Positions 13,775-25,650 of a DNA stretch of 64,000 bases are shown one piece after another (within the stretch, counting starts at the first letter, position 1; each line of letters begins with the position of its first letter). The DNA comes from Mobula hypostoma. Its lineage: Eukaryota. The position numbers and the translations under genes are program-made. The notes below the pieces were generated by a model, which did not search any database, had not been told where the DNA came from, and was given only the letters and a program-made list of their open reading frames with translations. The DNA is taken from NCBI RefSeq assembly GCF_963921235.1, contig NC_086118.1, forward strand, positions 28,708,001-28,772,000. Direction: 5' to 3'.

Positions 13775-14230
13775 CTTCCTGTACCTAATAAAGTGGCCGT
13801 GAGTGTATGCTAGTGATCTTCTGCTGCTGTAGCCCATCCACTTCAAGGTTCAACGTGTTGTACATTCAGAGATTCTCTTCCTCACACCATTGTTGTAACA
13901 TGTGGTTATCTGAATTACTATTGCTTTCCTTTCAGCTTGAACCCGTCTGGACATTCTCCTCTGACCTAGTTCCGTAACACGGCACTTTTGCTTACAGAAC
14001 TGCTCCTCACTGAATGACTTTTGTTTCTCGCACCATTCTCTAGAGACTGTTGTGCATGAAAATCCCAGGAAATCAACAGTTTCTGAGGTACTCAAACCTC
14101 CCCATCTGACACCAACAATCACTCCATGGTCAAAGTCATTTAGATCACAATTGTTGCCCATTCTGATGTTTGGTCTGAACAACTGCTGAACGTCTTCACC
14201 ATGTCCGCATGTTCTCTGCATTGAGTTGTT
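13775..14230 (-). mobile_element. Tc1/mariner transposon remnant (N-terminal HTH of transposase)
   Basis: ORF 13850-14275 contains 'MGNNCDLNDFDHGVIVGVRWGGLSTSETVDFLGFSCTTVSR..GQRRMSRRVQAERKA'; TIR-like gtacctaataaagtggcc at 13781. Confidence 0.85.
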
Positions 14231-14316
14231 TGTCTTTACTTTATTCCTTCTAACTCTAGCTACGCCTTTGACCATGAGTTTGGGACCTTCAGCCTGATTT
14301 TACTGCAAGAAGAATT

Positions 14317-14985
14317 GGATTAGTTTATGGGACACTCTGTCCCCGTTTATTGTCATTTAGAAATGCATGCATTAAAAATGATACAATGTTCCTCCAGAAT
14401 GATATCACAAGAAAACACAGGACAAACCAAGACTAAAACTGACAAAACCACATAATTATAACATATACTTACAACAGTGCAAAGCAATACCATAATTTGA
14501 TAAAGAGCAGACCATGGGCATGGTAAAAAAATAGTCTCAAAGTCTCAATAGACTCATCATCTCACACAGGCAGCAGAAGGGAGGAACTCTCCCTGCCATG
14601 AACCTCTAAACGCCACCAACTTGCGAAGCATTGGAAGCACCCAACCACCGCAGACTCTGAGCCCGTCCGAAAACTTCGAGCCTCTGACCAGCCCCTCCGA
14701 TACAGCCTCTCTGAGCACCATCCTCTGCCAAGCGCTTCAACCCCGCCCCGGCCACCGAGCAACAAGCAAAGCCGAGGACTCGAGGCCTTCTCCTCCGGAG
14801 ATTCTGGACCACACAGTAGCAGCAGCAGCGAAGCAGGCATTTCAGAAGTTTCATCAGATGTCCCTCCATGCCTTCATGTCCGTCTCCATCAAATCAGGAT
14901 TGTGCACGGCACCCTACTTGACAAATAATGGATATCACCACCGGGGTGGCTGCTGCAAGCTGTGTCACGTCGCCATCTTCTCCTC
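14317..14985 (-). mobile_element. Non-autonomous LINE-derived element (~670 bp, no TE ORF)
   Basis: Minus strand starts ggaggagaagatggcg and ends ...ctaaatgacaataaa...ataaactaatcc; diverged TSD ctgcaagaagaatt (14303-14316) / ctgcaaggagattt (14986-14999); homologous copy at 22418-23082. Confidence 0.8.
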
Positions 14986-15654
14986 CTGCAAGGAGATTTA
15001 AATGAATTAATTGCAAATCAAAGAAAGCTGGGTTAGATTGGTCAATGGGCACAATATCTGCAATTTAAAATTCTGCATCAATAAGAGGTCAAATAAGAAA
15101 GGCACAGTTATGTATGCTCATTGCAAGTGATCACTGCTGCAAAGATATTGCCTTTAACCCTCCATTCACAGTTTTGCAAATCAAATGAAAGCCACAGATA
15201 TTGGGAATCTGAAACCAAAATGGAAAATACAGGAGTCACTTAGTAGGTCAGGTTCCACCTGCGGAAAGAGAAACCAGACTTAATATTTCAGATTGCTGGC
15301 CAATTTTCAGAGTAATCTGCTGTTCTGGAACTGGCCTGCCTCTGGTTCGAGCCACTGTAAACTTTCTCTAATCAACAAGATGGTTCTGCATCTGTATGAG
15401 CTGAGGTGATGGAGCACCTGCCGTGCTGCCGCGTTGTTTGCTATGGTAGAGCCGCTGAAAGCGAGGTGGTGTCGGTCGCTGGCCTCTTCTTGATCCTGAA
15501 AATATTCCCATGAGCTCCCTGACTGTGGAAACTTTGGAATAAAGTTTGGCATCCTGTGTACGTCCAGACTATTTACCAACTGGGAAGGAGCACATTCACC
15601 CTTCCAGAGGCAGCTCACTTCCATTAACACCACTTCTTATTTGCTTTAATACAC

Positions 15655-15935
15655 AAATGCACAGCGTGGTCATCCGGTTTCAATTCCCACCACTCTTTGT
15701 AAGGAGTTTATATCTTTTCTCCATCACTGTATGGGTTTTCTCTGCGTACTCTTGTATGCTTTGACATTCCAAAGATGCATGAATTAGGGTTAGGAAGCTG
15801 TGCATGTGCTATATCGGTGCTGGAAGCGTGGTGATACTTGTGGGCTATCCTAGGACATCCCTGAATGGTGTTGTTCTTTAATGCAAGAATTGATGCATTT
15901 CACAGCATATTTTGATATACATGTAACAAATAAAA
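15655..15935 (+). mobile_element. Degenerate V-SINE-like element
   Basis: B-box-like ggtttcaattcc, V-domain-like 'aaggagttt...ttctccatcactgtatgggttttctct', tail 'catgtaacaaataaa'. Confidence 0.55.
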
Positions 15936-18744
15936 CTATTTTTTTAAATTTTAGTCAATTCACTCACATTTTTATTCAGTAAAGACTTCAGGATTTGCCA
16001 CAGAAATTCTAGCTCTATCCTCTGGCTGCCTGCTGTTTGCCCTGCAAGAATTGATAAGCGGTTCTTTAGCATTCTGATAGATATCACCAAGGACATGCCA
16101 TGAAACCGAAAGATCTTGAAAGGAAGTTCATCATTAATATCTGATGAACTGTTCAAGTATCAGTAAATCTTGCTTGCATTATAAATCAATCTAGATGATT
16201 GAAAATGTACATAAATTATCAGTGAGGTTGCATATATCGCCTGTGAACAATTTTGAGCTGGCTACTTTCAAATGGCAACTGATGCATTGGAAAAACTTTG
16301 TAAACTAATTCTTAAAGGAGTGCCAATGAAGGCTTTAAATATTGATAAGACTTCAGCAACTAAACTTGTTTCTGTTGAGTGAAAGATTAGGGAGGAATTA
16401 AATGTTGAGAGGCTTAGGTAACGTAGATGAATACAATTAATTATCTCGTACTATAGACATATGTAGAACTAGGAAAGGAGGCAAAATTAACAATTGTGCA
16501 GCAAGATGATAGAATTCCCTTCATCCAATATACTGGCCTATTCAGACTGAGAATTCCGTAACTTTGTTATTGCCAATTTGATGCAGCGAGAAGTAATGGT
16601 GATAGAATATGCATTTATTCCCACAAGCATTTTCTTCAGTAGTTTAATAAAGATTTAACAAAAATCAGAATAATTTGCTTTCTTCCCTATAGATTTTTAA
16701 AGACGTATATTATAGAAAAGATATTTTAAACCAGCTAGGGATTTGTCAAATGCTTTGCTACATGGAGAGCACTCAACATAAATAGAAGATAACTTGAAAA
16801 TGGAGAACTCTTTGAAATGGTTATAAGGCCGTAATTTGAAACTCTAGTTTGTAATTGTTTTCTGTATTATCGAATTATGATAATTATTTTGAAGCTGATT
16901 CTGGGTGGTGGTTTTTACAATTCTGCATAAGGATTGAATGGAATGAAAAGCAGCACCTTTCACCTCATTCTAGAAATCCAGACAATATTTTACACTGCAA
17001 ATCTTGCTCACACTGTAGACGGATATCAAACCCAGAGATGTTATTTTTCATTTAATACAGTTTTTTTTTTGATTTTGCTGGCTGAAATTCATTCAAGCTC
17101 TAATGCGCTCCTGTCATTGAACACAAGTAAGCCAAGCAGATATTCAGAAATCCTTCAGGAAGCTAGGACTCGAATCAGAATCAGGTTGATTATCACCGGA
17201 ATGTGACGCGATCTTTGTTAATTTAGCAGCAGTTCAATGCAATACATAATCTAGCAGAGAGATTTAAACTCTAATACCACCTGAATACAAGTAGTTTGAT
17301 TCGTGGAGAAGTGGAAACTTTATAAACAATTTAGAATAGTGATATTAAACACTCCACTTATTTTACAGACACTTTGTGAAATGTGCAGTTAATATTGGGT
17401 TAAAAAATTAACACTGATATAGTAATGGCTTAGATGACAGGAATACTTTATAACATAACAGGACTTTATTTGGTCATGCGTATAAATGCCATTGATGGAA
17501 TCTCTTTGGATTAAGTTAAAAGGGGTGTGAAGCATCATACCAACTGAGATCTGTATAAATTTGCTGTTGCCTGGCCTATAGAAAAGCAAGAGAAATTTGA
17601 GAACGTTTATTCTCTCTCGAGAACTGTTTCTTTCCTGGATTGACCGAGCGGACACTACCTCGAACTGTAGTTGTAGCCAACATATCAAGAACTATTGAAG
17701 ACAATGAAAACAGTCTGTTGATATTTATACCGAGTCATTCTACTGTTGCTTCGAGAACTGCTGAAAGAACCGCAGGATGTCATGAGGGATATAAGAATTA
17801 ACTGCTGATCATTCTGTAGTTCACAAGTTTTATATTGATGATTCAAATCAGAGCTTTTTGTAGGGAGATACACTGTTTAAATCAAATACCAAATTCGTAC
17901 TTTTGTGTAAGCTGATTCTCAATTATAACCAAAACTGTACTTTTCCATGTAGGTGGTTGGTCTCCTTTCACTGTCTTCTAGAAGAAACATCAATGCAATA
18001 TTTGCTGCAGCCTGCAAGCAGGAGCCAAATCTAAACTTGTAACCAATGGATCAGATTGAACTTCAACAGTCCTATCACAACTTGAAATGCATAGTTGTAG
18101 CGGGTATAAGGGGAAGTTTCAAGAACATCCCTAACTTTGACAGTGCTGGGACCGAGCACACTGGTGGAAAAGACAAGGGGGCAGTATTCATAACCATGCT
18201 CAACAAAAATGTGCTAGGTGGACTAATCACCTTGGCTTCTTCCTAAGGACCTTGTCAACAGAAAAGATGATCAATATGAAAGTGATATCAAGAAATGGTT
18301 GAGCACACTGGATATATCAAAGGCAATGAAACCAGGAAACATCCCAGCTGTAGTACTGATGACAATGGCTCCACGACTGGCTAATTCAGCTGCTTCAGCA
18401 AACACAAATACCACATCGGCATCTGCTTCAAACTGTGGAAAAAATTGCTTGGATATATCCTATTTACAAAAATAACCACAGTAAACGCAATCGAGCTAAT
18501 AAACAAGGGGCTGGAGGAAATCAGTGGTTCAGGCAGTATACATGGCAAGAAATAGACAATCACCATTTCGAGTTGAGGCCTTTCATTCTGCATCTCAACT
18601 CATAGACGTTGCTGTCTGGTCATCATACGTGCACGTGCACACAGACACACGCACAGTATACGATATAATACAACTACTATATACACATCTATACCATAGT
18701 AAATTTTAAATTGCCTAATTCAGTTCAAAAGACTTAATCACTGT

Positions 18745-19065
18745 GGAGGATTTCTTACTCTTGTAGGATAACATCTTTCCAGACAAGAGGGATCACTCTG
18801 CTTGACAGGTGGGACTTGTGTTGTGAAACAACCTCAGGTTCTGGGGCCTCCTCTGTGGTGGTTGTTGGAGTTGACTATGGGGCTGCAGGAAGTGGTTCTG
18901 ACAGCACTGAACACGTTTCGTCTCTTTTCTTTTCTAAGAAGCTCTAGGCATCTTCTGGACGTGTTGGCATCTCAAACAGTGCATGGCAAGCTGGTCAGTC
19001 TGCCGATCTATTCCAGGCCACTGGACAAAGCTTTGAGCCAATGCTTCATTTTGACCATGCCTAGA
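18745..19065 (-). mobile_element. Gypsy 3' internal fragment
   Basis: Clearly homologous to 8133-8440 (gaggatttcttac..gataacatctttcc..atcactctgcttg..caggaagtggttctgacag). Confidence 0.65.
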
Positions 19066-19126
19066 TGATTAGCAGGCAGCCCTTCCAAATTTTTAGCATA
19101 GCACTTGGATGGTGCTGGGTGTGCAA

Positions 19127-19442
19127 GACCATAAGACCAAACGATATAAGAGCAGAATTAGGCCATTTGGTCAATCGAGCCTGTTCCAACATTTCATCAT
19201 GGCTGATCCACTTTTCCTCTCAGCCCCAATCTCCTGCCTGCTCCCCATATTCCTTCATGCCCTGACCAATCAAGAATCTATCAAACTCTGCCTTAAATAT
19301 ACGTAAAGACTTGGCTTCCACAGCTGCCTGTGGTAATGAATTCCACAGATTCACCATTCTCTGCCTAAAAAATTCCTCTTCATCTCCATTCTAAAATGAT
19401 GCTCCTCTGTTCTAAGGCTGTGTCGTTTGGTCCTAGACTCTC
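19127..19442 (-). mobile_element. CR1/HER1 LINE 3' end
   Basis: Reverse complement of the 13290-13601 region (accataagacc tail; ttccacagattcaccattctctg). Confidence 0.85.
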
Positions 19443-20500
19443 TGTCACAATGGGGTGTTGGGAACGGACCCAAATGCAAGACACAGGCACTGAAGTACAA
19501 AGAACAGAACTTGACTAGAGTAGGGACTTGACAGGATATAGGCAAGGAGCAGGGAAAAGGATGCAGACTAGGGATTGGACCATGAGCCAGAGACTGGACA
19601 AGGACCCAGACCTAGGTCTTGCCTCAGGCTCGGCCCCAGAATGAGGCATGGACATGACATGACTGCAGGATTGGAGGCTGGGGTCTTGAGGCTTGGAGAC
19701 AGGCAGGGGTTTTGAGGCTTGAGCTTGGAGACAGGCTGGGGTGTCTTGAGGCTGCATGCTGCAGGCTGGGGTCTTGGGTCTTGGGTCTAGGGTCTAGGGT
19801 ACATCAAGACTTGTGTATGGACTCCTAGCCAGAGACTAGGCAAGGACCCAGATCCTGGGACTTGACTTGGGCTCGGACTCCAGAACTAGGCTCGGACAAG
19901 ATGAGGCTACAGGACTGGACATGGCTTGGGTTTGGAACTCCTGGGTAGGGTGAGACACAAGGACAGGTAAAGGCGCATGGACAGGACTCGGATAGGACTG
20001 GACTAGGCAATGACGACAGCGAGCTGAGCGACCCTGAGGCTGGCCAGGGGGACTACATTGTGGGGGCTCCTCCTGGATTGGATCTGCTGGTATGCTGTGT
20101 GGTTGTTTAAATCAATAATGTGTGTCTCTGTGAGTTATTTGCTGGTTATTGCTGCATGCATGGTGGGTGAGGTCTTTGTTCGAGTTCAGACTAGCATTGA
20201 CGAGTTGGAGGTGGAACTCGGGGCTGTCCATGCTGTTGGGAGAGAGAGGAAAGAGTGGTCTGATTTGGAGGTAGTGTGTGCGAATAAATGTTCTAGCTCT
20301 GGCAGGCTCCGCCTGGCGTTTGGGACAGTGTCCACCCCAAGAGGGGCGGAGGCAAGCGAGACGTGAGTGGAGCAGATCTCTCAGTTGTTAGATGAGTGGC
20401 AGTGCTCAGTTGAGGGAGAGCGTCAGGGATTGGTTGAAAGTTTAAGTAGGCGGCTGGTGACGGTGTTAAAGCTGTCAGGTTCACTTACACCGTAGTGACA
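19443..20500. mobile_element. LTR-like element(s) with internal tandem repeats
   Basis: Termini TGTCAC...GTGACA; truncates the CR1 at 19442; internal repeats at 19580-19930; no TSD seen, so it may be composite. Confidence 0.45.
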
Positions 20501-20809
20501 GCTGTCAGTTATTTGAAAGAGGGGGGAATGAGGAAAAATGTAGCCACCTGGCCAGCCTCAGGGTCGCTCGGCTCGCTGTCGTCTAGGGAAACAGCCCTCG
20601 GCCCTGGCAAACTGGGTAATTAGTTTGTGTGGATGCTGTGTGCTGTACCCCACCCTGCCCAAATAACAGACAATACACAAGATACGATTAAATGATTTAC
20701 AGTTTATAGATATTACTGGAACTATATAATTAATAGAGAATAAAATATAAAAGGAAAATAAATGGAGCCACACTTATCAAAGTTCAGGCAGCATCTCTAG
20801 GAAGAGGTG

Positions 20810-20847
20810 CTGTCGACGTTTCAGGCCGAGACCCTTCGTCAGGACTA
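20810..20847 (-). ncRNA. Second hammerhead ribozyme motif on the opposite strand
   Basis: Minus strand reads tagtc-CTGACGA-agggtctcggcct-GAAA-cGTC-gacag; GUC triplet; 3-bp stem I before a mismatch. Confidence 0.7.
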
Positions 20848-20903
20848 ACTGAAGGAAGAGTGAGTAAGAGTAAGTAAAATCCCTTACTCACTCTTCCTTC
20901 AGT

Positions 20904-20941
20904 CAGTCCTGACGAAGGGTCTTGGCCTGAAACGTTGACTG
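20904..20941 (+). ncRNA. Minimal type I hammerhead ribozyme motif (PLE type)
   Basis: Stem I CAGTC (20904-08) / GACTG (20937-41); core CTGACGA (20909-15); stem II agggtcttggcct; GAAA (20929-32); palindromic ACGT in place of stem III; GUU cleavage triplet. Confidence 0.75.
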
Positions 20942-22417
20942 CACCTCTTCCTAGAGATGCTGCCTGGCCTGCTGTGTTCACCAGCAACTTTTATGTGTGT
21001 TGCTTGAATTTCCAGCATCTGCAGAATTCCTGTTGTTTGCTTATCAAAGTTCAATCTCTTTGTACACAAACAGTTGGAGCTCAGGATCCTTCTTCTTCAC
21101 CCCGCAACCCCTTGGACCACCTCGACCGGCCGCCTGGGACCAACAACGGTGGTCGACCAGATGCTCCACACGAGTCTGACTCCGTCTCCTCTCCTCGCCA
21201 AACGCCCTCCTTGGGGTCTGACCCCGTTAGCGGACTCACAGCACCTGGTCCATCCTCTGTCTCTCTCTCCTGCCTTCTCCCCCAAAACCCCATGCATACA
21301 ATATCTTCAGATACACCAAAAACAGAACAACTATCCCAATTGGTTTGTAACATCTTCTTCTCACAGCCTAACCCAAAACAAGCTGCTAGCACAAGAACTT
21401 TCTCAGCGTTTAACATAACAAAGAAGCATTCCCAAGTATAACATAACAAAGAAGCCATTTTAATTAGCCTACGCAGTAACATAAAAGACAAAACCCCTTT
21501 ACACTCTCACCCCACCAAATAAAGTCATGTCCTCATGACTTCTAAATAACTCGCCAACCAGTCCTGCAGACACACAACACACACATACACAGATACACAC
21601 AGTGACAGTGCTCCCCAAACAGTGGACCTTATGCCCGTCCCACGGGTGCTACACATGGTTTGAGAGGTTGAATTTCAGAGGCAGTATTTGACTACAAGTA
21701 GCCTCATGGAGCTCTGGTAAAACTGAGGTCATTAGGCTTAAAGGGGGATACACTTTACTGATTGGCATCATAACTTTTACAAAAAGAGACAGTTTTTGAA
21801 AGTTGGAGTTCAATCATCTCAGCTCAGGGACATTCCTGCAGAATTCTGTAGGACAGACTGCTTCTTCAGTCTAGAGAAGTTATGATGATTGTTCAATGCC
21901 ATCTCCTCCTCCTCGAAATAACCATGGATGTAGTGAGAACTTGAGTGCATTCATTAAAGAGTCAAAATAACAAATAGCATTCACAACACAAAAGTGCCTG
22001 GGAATGATCATCTCCGTCAAGAGAAGGTCAGCTGATAGCACCATTCCTGTGGTTTCCCACCTCAACATCCTGGTAAACACTACTGTATTGACGAAGTTTA
22101 GTTAGAACTAAAGACAATAACTACAAGAACAGCTCTGAAACTGGTTATCCTGTGATAAGTGATTACCTCCTTATGTTCCAAATCCGTTCCATTACCTACA
22201 AGGTACAAGTCAAGAGTCTGCTGGAGTCTTCTCCACTAGCCCTGAAAACTACAGCTTCAAGAAGTCTTAAGAGACTTGACACCATACATGAGAGAGTAGT
22301 CCAAGTGATTGACACACCATTCCTCACTTATACATTCCTCCATTCCTCACATGTTCTGTGTAGTGGCTGCAGAGTGTACCTTCAATCAAATACAATAGGT
22401 ACTCACTCAGGCTACTC

Positions 22418-23082
22418 AGCGCGCGGCCTCTCCAGTGAATGATATCTGTAATCTGTCAAGTAGGGGATGGTGCACAATTCTGATTTGATGGAGACAGACG
22501 TGAGAGTACGGAGGAACATCTGGAAAACTTCTGAAATGCCCATTTCGCTGCCGCTGCTACTGTGTGGTAACCGGAATTGCCGGAGCAGAAGGCCCCGAAT
22601 CCTCAGCTTTGCTCGTTTCAGTGGCCGGGGCTAGGTCAAAGGTGCTCAGCAGAGGATGACGCTCGGGAGGCTGTATCGGAGGGGCTGGTCGGAGGCTCGA
22701 AGTTTTCAGATGGACGGACTCAGTGTCGGCTGTGGTCGGCTGCTTCCAAGGCATCGGCAAGTTGACGGTGTCTGGAGGTTTATGGCAGGGAGTTTCTCCC
22801 TTTTGCCACCTGCTATCGGGGACCCGGGAGTCGATTGACTTTGGGACTTCGAGACTTTTTTTTACCATGCCCATGGTTTGTTCTTCATCAAATTATGGTA
22901 TTGCTTTGCACTGCTATAACTATATGTTATAATTATGTGGTTCTGTCAGTGTTAGTCTTTGGTTTGTCCTGTTTTCTGTGATATCACTCCAGAGAAAAAC
23001 ATTGTATCATTTCTTAATGCATGTATGCATTTCTAAATGACAATAAAAGAGGACTGAGTGTTCTCATAATCTAACCTAATCT
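22418..23082 (+). mobile_element. Second copy of the non-autonomous LINE-derived element
   Basis: Colinear with the reverse complement of 14317-14960; ends ctaaatgacaataaa...ataatctaacctaatcta; inserted in an old LINE ('YKVQVKSLLESSPLA', 22190-22410). Confidence 0.8.
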
Positions 23083-25257
23083 AAAAAGCAAATCTCTAAC
23101 CCGTGATCCATGGCATCAAGATCGAGGACAGCTTGGGAACACCACTACTTACAAGTTCCCTTCCAACTCATGCATAGACATCACTTAAAATATATCACTT
23201 CCTTACATTATTTTTCATTATAACTACTGGGTCTAAATCTTGAAAATCCCCATTCACCCGTTCTGAGGGAGTACCTTAACAAGATGGATTAAAGCAGTTT
23301 GTGTGGGAAAGTCATACCATCTTCTCAAGGACAAATAAAGATGGACAATATACAGCATGCTTGATTTGTCAACAGTGTCCAGAACTCAAATGAATAAATA
23401 AAAAAGGGAATGTGCCCACAGCATAGCAAAAACATCAGAGCACAGAGAGTGAGATTAAATTAATTATTCTTGAAATATATTTTCATTTAGTTATCGAGTG
23501 TTTTTATGCAAACATATTTTAGATGCTCTTAAAATGTCAAATTGACACTATTGGTATAAGTAAAAAAATCTAATTTTAAAACTTACTTTAAATTAATATA
23601 AACAATCATCTTAATCATTATGATTTTATTCAATTTAATAACAATTGAGTTAAGATGTTAATTTGCAGAAATGAACAGTCAAAAAGAACTACATTATTTC
23701 TGAATTTCAAAAATTGAATAATTGAAGTGCATGTGAAACATTATTAATATTGAGACCAATTAAACATATTGAAGCTTAAACCAATTGATTAAATGGAGAA
23801 TAATGTTTAATTGAGAATGATGACAATGCTGATTTGATCACTGCATTGAAATTTCTCAGCAGTATATATTTATAATTTATGGTGTAGTTGGATTTCATTT
23901 GAAGATTTTAATCTGACTATTTTTAAGTTACAGTTACCAATACTTCAAACACAGCTGTCAGCGCACTCCATGTCGTTAACATAAAATGCTCTTCAGAAAA
24001 CTGCTTTGATTTTTGAGACATTATATTTTAGCAAAGAACTATTTCCAATTAGTAAATCCTGTATTCACATGGCAATTAATACCAGACACATTTATATATT
24101 AAATTATCTTCTGACCTCAGTTTCTTTCCAAAAATTCTTCTCTACCTACAGCTTATGAAAAATTATGTTTGTGTTCATTAGGCATTAAATGTCATTTTGT
24201 TTGATTTATCTATTTATTTTTGTTTACTGCCTACTGTTGTGACTCTGAATCTCCAGAAGCAAGAGGTGTAGGGGATGGAGGGATGGTGTTTGGCGTGCTA
24301 AATCGGTGAAACTTGTACCCAGTTAGGTCATCTCCTCAATTGAACCTAAAGGCATGTTACCTGTAGTGAACAACTCATTATTGGCAAATCACCAATCAAG
24401 AGTCAGAAATTTCTTTACTGGTCCAACTTACTTAATAACAGTTTATGGACAAAAATTGATCCAATAATTTTAATATCACTGGTTACAGGTTTGTTTAGTG
24501 TGGCCACTATTTCTTGTGTTGCAAAACTGATTGGGAACTGGAGGAGGCTGTTGAGTTAAGCAACAGGAATGATCTAGTATTTTTGGAGGAATATTAGATT
24601 GTTAGGCAGTAGTACGCCTTTATTCAGTGAAGAACTAATGAGTGTCATGGCAATTTCTGACCACATAATTCCATATTGAGAGTAGCAAACCTTCTTAAAA
24701 CGATAACTACAGAGAAAATAAAAAGCTACTTGGGCAAGCAGGGACTATTAAAAAAAAACAGCACAGGTTTGTCAAGGGCAAACAGTATTTTTAAATAAGG
24801 TATTGTCAAAAAAATCTCGTAAGAATGGCATTGTTATATTGGGTAGATAGATTTATAAAGTATTTTGTTTAAGTAGAATATGTTAGCAAGATGATGATAA
24901 AAAAAGTAAAGATATAAGGCAAAATAGCAATATGGATACAAAATTGTTTCAGAAATAAAAAACTGAGAAGCTGTAGTAAAGTTCCACTAGATTTTAGAAT
25001 GGAATGAAAGATGGTGTCAATGCATCAATCCTCTTGCAAATGTCCTCATCTCACATTTAACAAGCTTCTCATTGGAGTGAGATAATCCACACAATGAAAA
25101 ACCGTGCTCTTAATGAAGGGAAACTTTTCTGCATCCACTCTAGAACCAAAGATCTTTGCAATTATTGTTACAGTGTGTCTTATGTATGCACAAGCATGGA
25201 ATAAGCATCAGTGATTTATTTAATTAAGTATTCAAGGGACTTTGCATTAAATGTCCA

Positions 25258-25650
25258 GCGACAGAGGATGAGATGTGACCTGACAGAAGTGTCTAAGGTG
25301 ATGAGGGACATTGATCATGTGGGTAGCCGGCAGCCTTTTGCCAGGGCTGAAATGGCTAACACGAGGCTGCATAGTTCAAAGGTGCTTGGAAATAGGTACC
25401 GAGGGGATGTCAGTGGTAAGTTTTTCACAGTGAGAGTAATGAGTGCATGGAATGCATTGCCAGGGGCAGTGGTGGAAGCGGATACAATAGGGTATTTTAA
25501 GAGCCTCTTAGATAGGTACACGGAGCTTAGAAAAGTAGAGGGCTATGCACTAGAGAAATTCTAGGCAGTCTCTAGAGTAGGTTACATGGTTGGCACAACA
25601 TTGTGGGCCGAAGGGCCTGTAATGTGCTGTAAATTTCTATATCTTATGTA
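25258..25650 (+). mobile_element. CR1/HER1 LINE 3' end
   Basis: ORF 'QRMRCDLTEVSKVMRDIDHV..FFTVRVMSAWNALP'; 3' UTR ggcacaacattgtgggccgaagggcctgt. Confidence 0.85.

Larger units (their letters stand above)
20787..21039. mobile_element. Fold-back Penelope-derived mini-element with a 14-bp TSD
   Basis: TSD cttatcaaagttca at 20773-20786 and 21040-21053; 84-nt inverted arms 20785-20868 / 20883-20966 with 4 mismatches; PLE terminus tttccagcatctgcagaattcctgttgttt. Confidence 0.9.
20539..21653 (-). mobile_element. LTR-like (ERV/Gypsy) element hosting the PLE fold-back insertion
   Basis: TG...CA termini with inverted ends TGTAGCCACC / GGTGCTACA; an alternative end at 21503 (..TTTACA) lies next to a minus-strand purine-rich tract ggtggggtgagag; CpG-rich. 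Confidence 0.5.

Noticed and set aside
20785..20966. miRNA gene or CRISPR-like repeat
   Set aside because: The hairpin is fully explained by inverted Penelope terminal repeats, and there is no repeat-spacer array.
20935..21441. 168-aa Pro/Ser-rich ORF
   Set aside because: It starts inside the PLE insertion and runs through GC-rich LTR-like sequence, so it is most likely a chance ORF.
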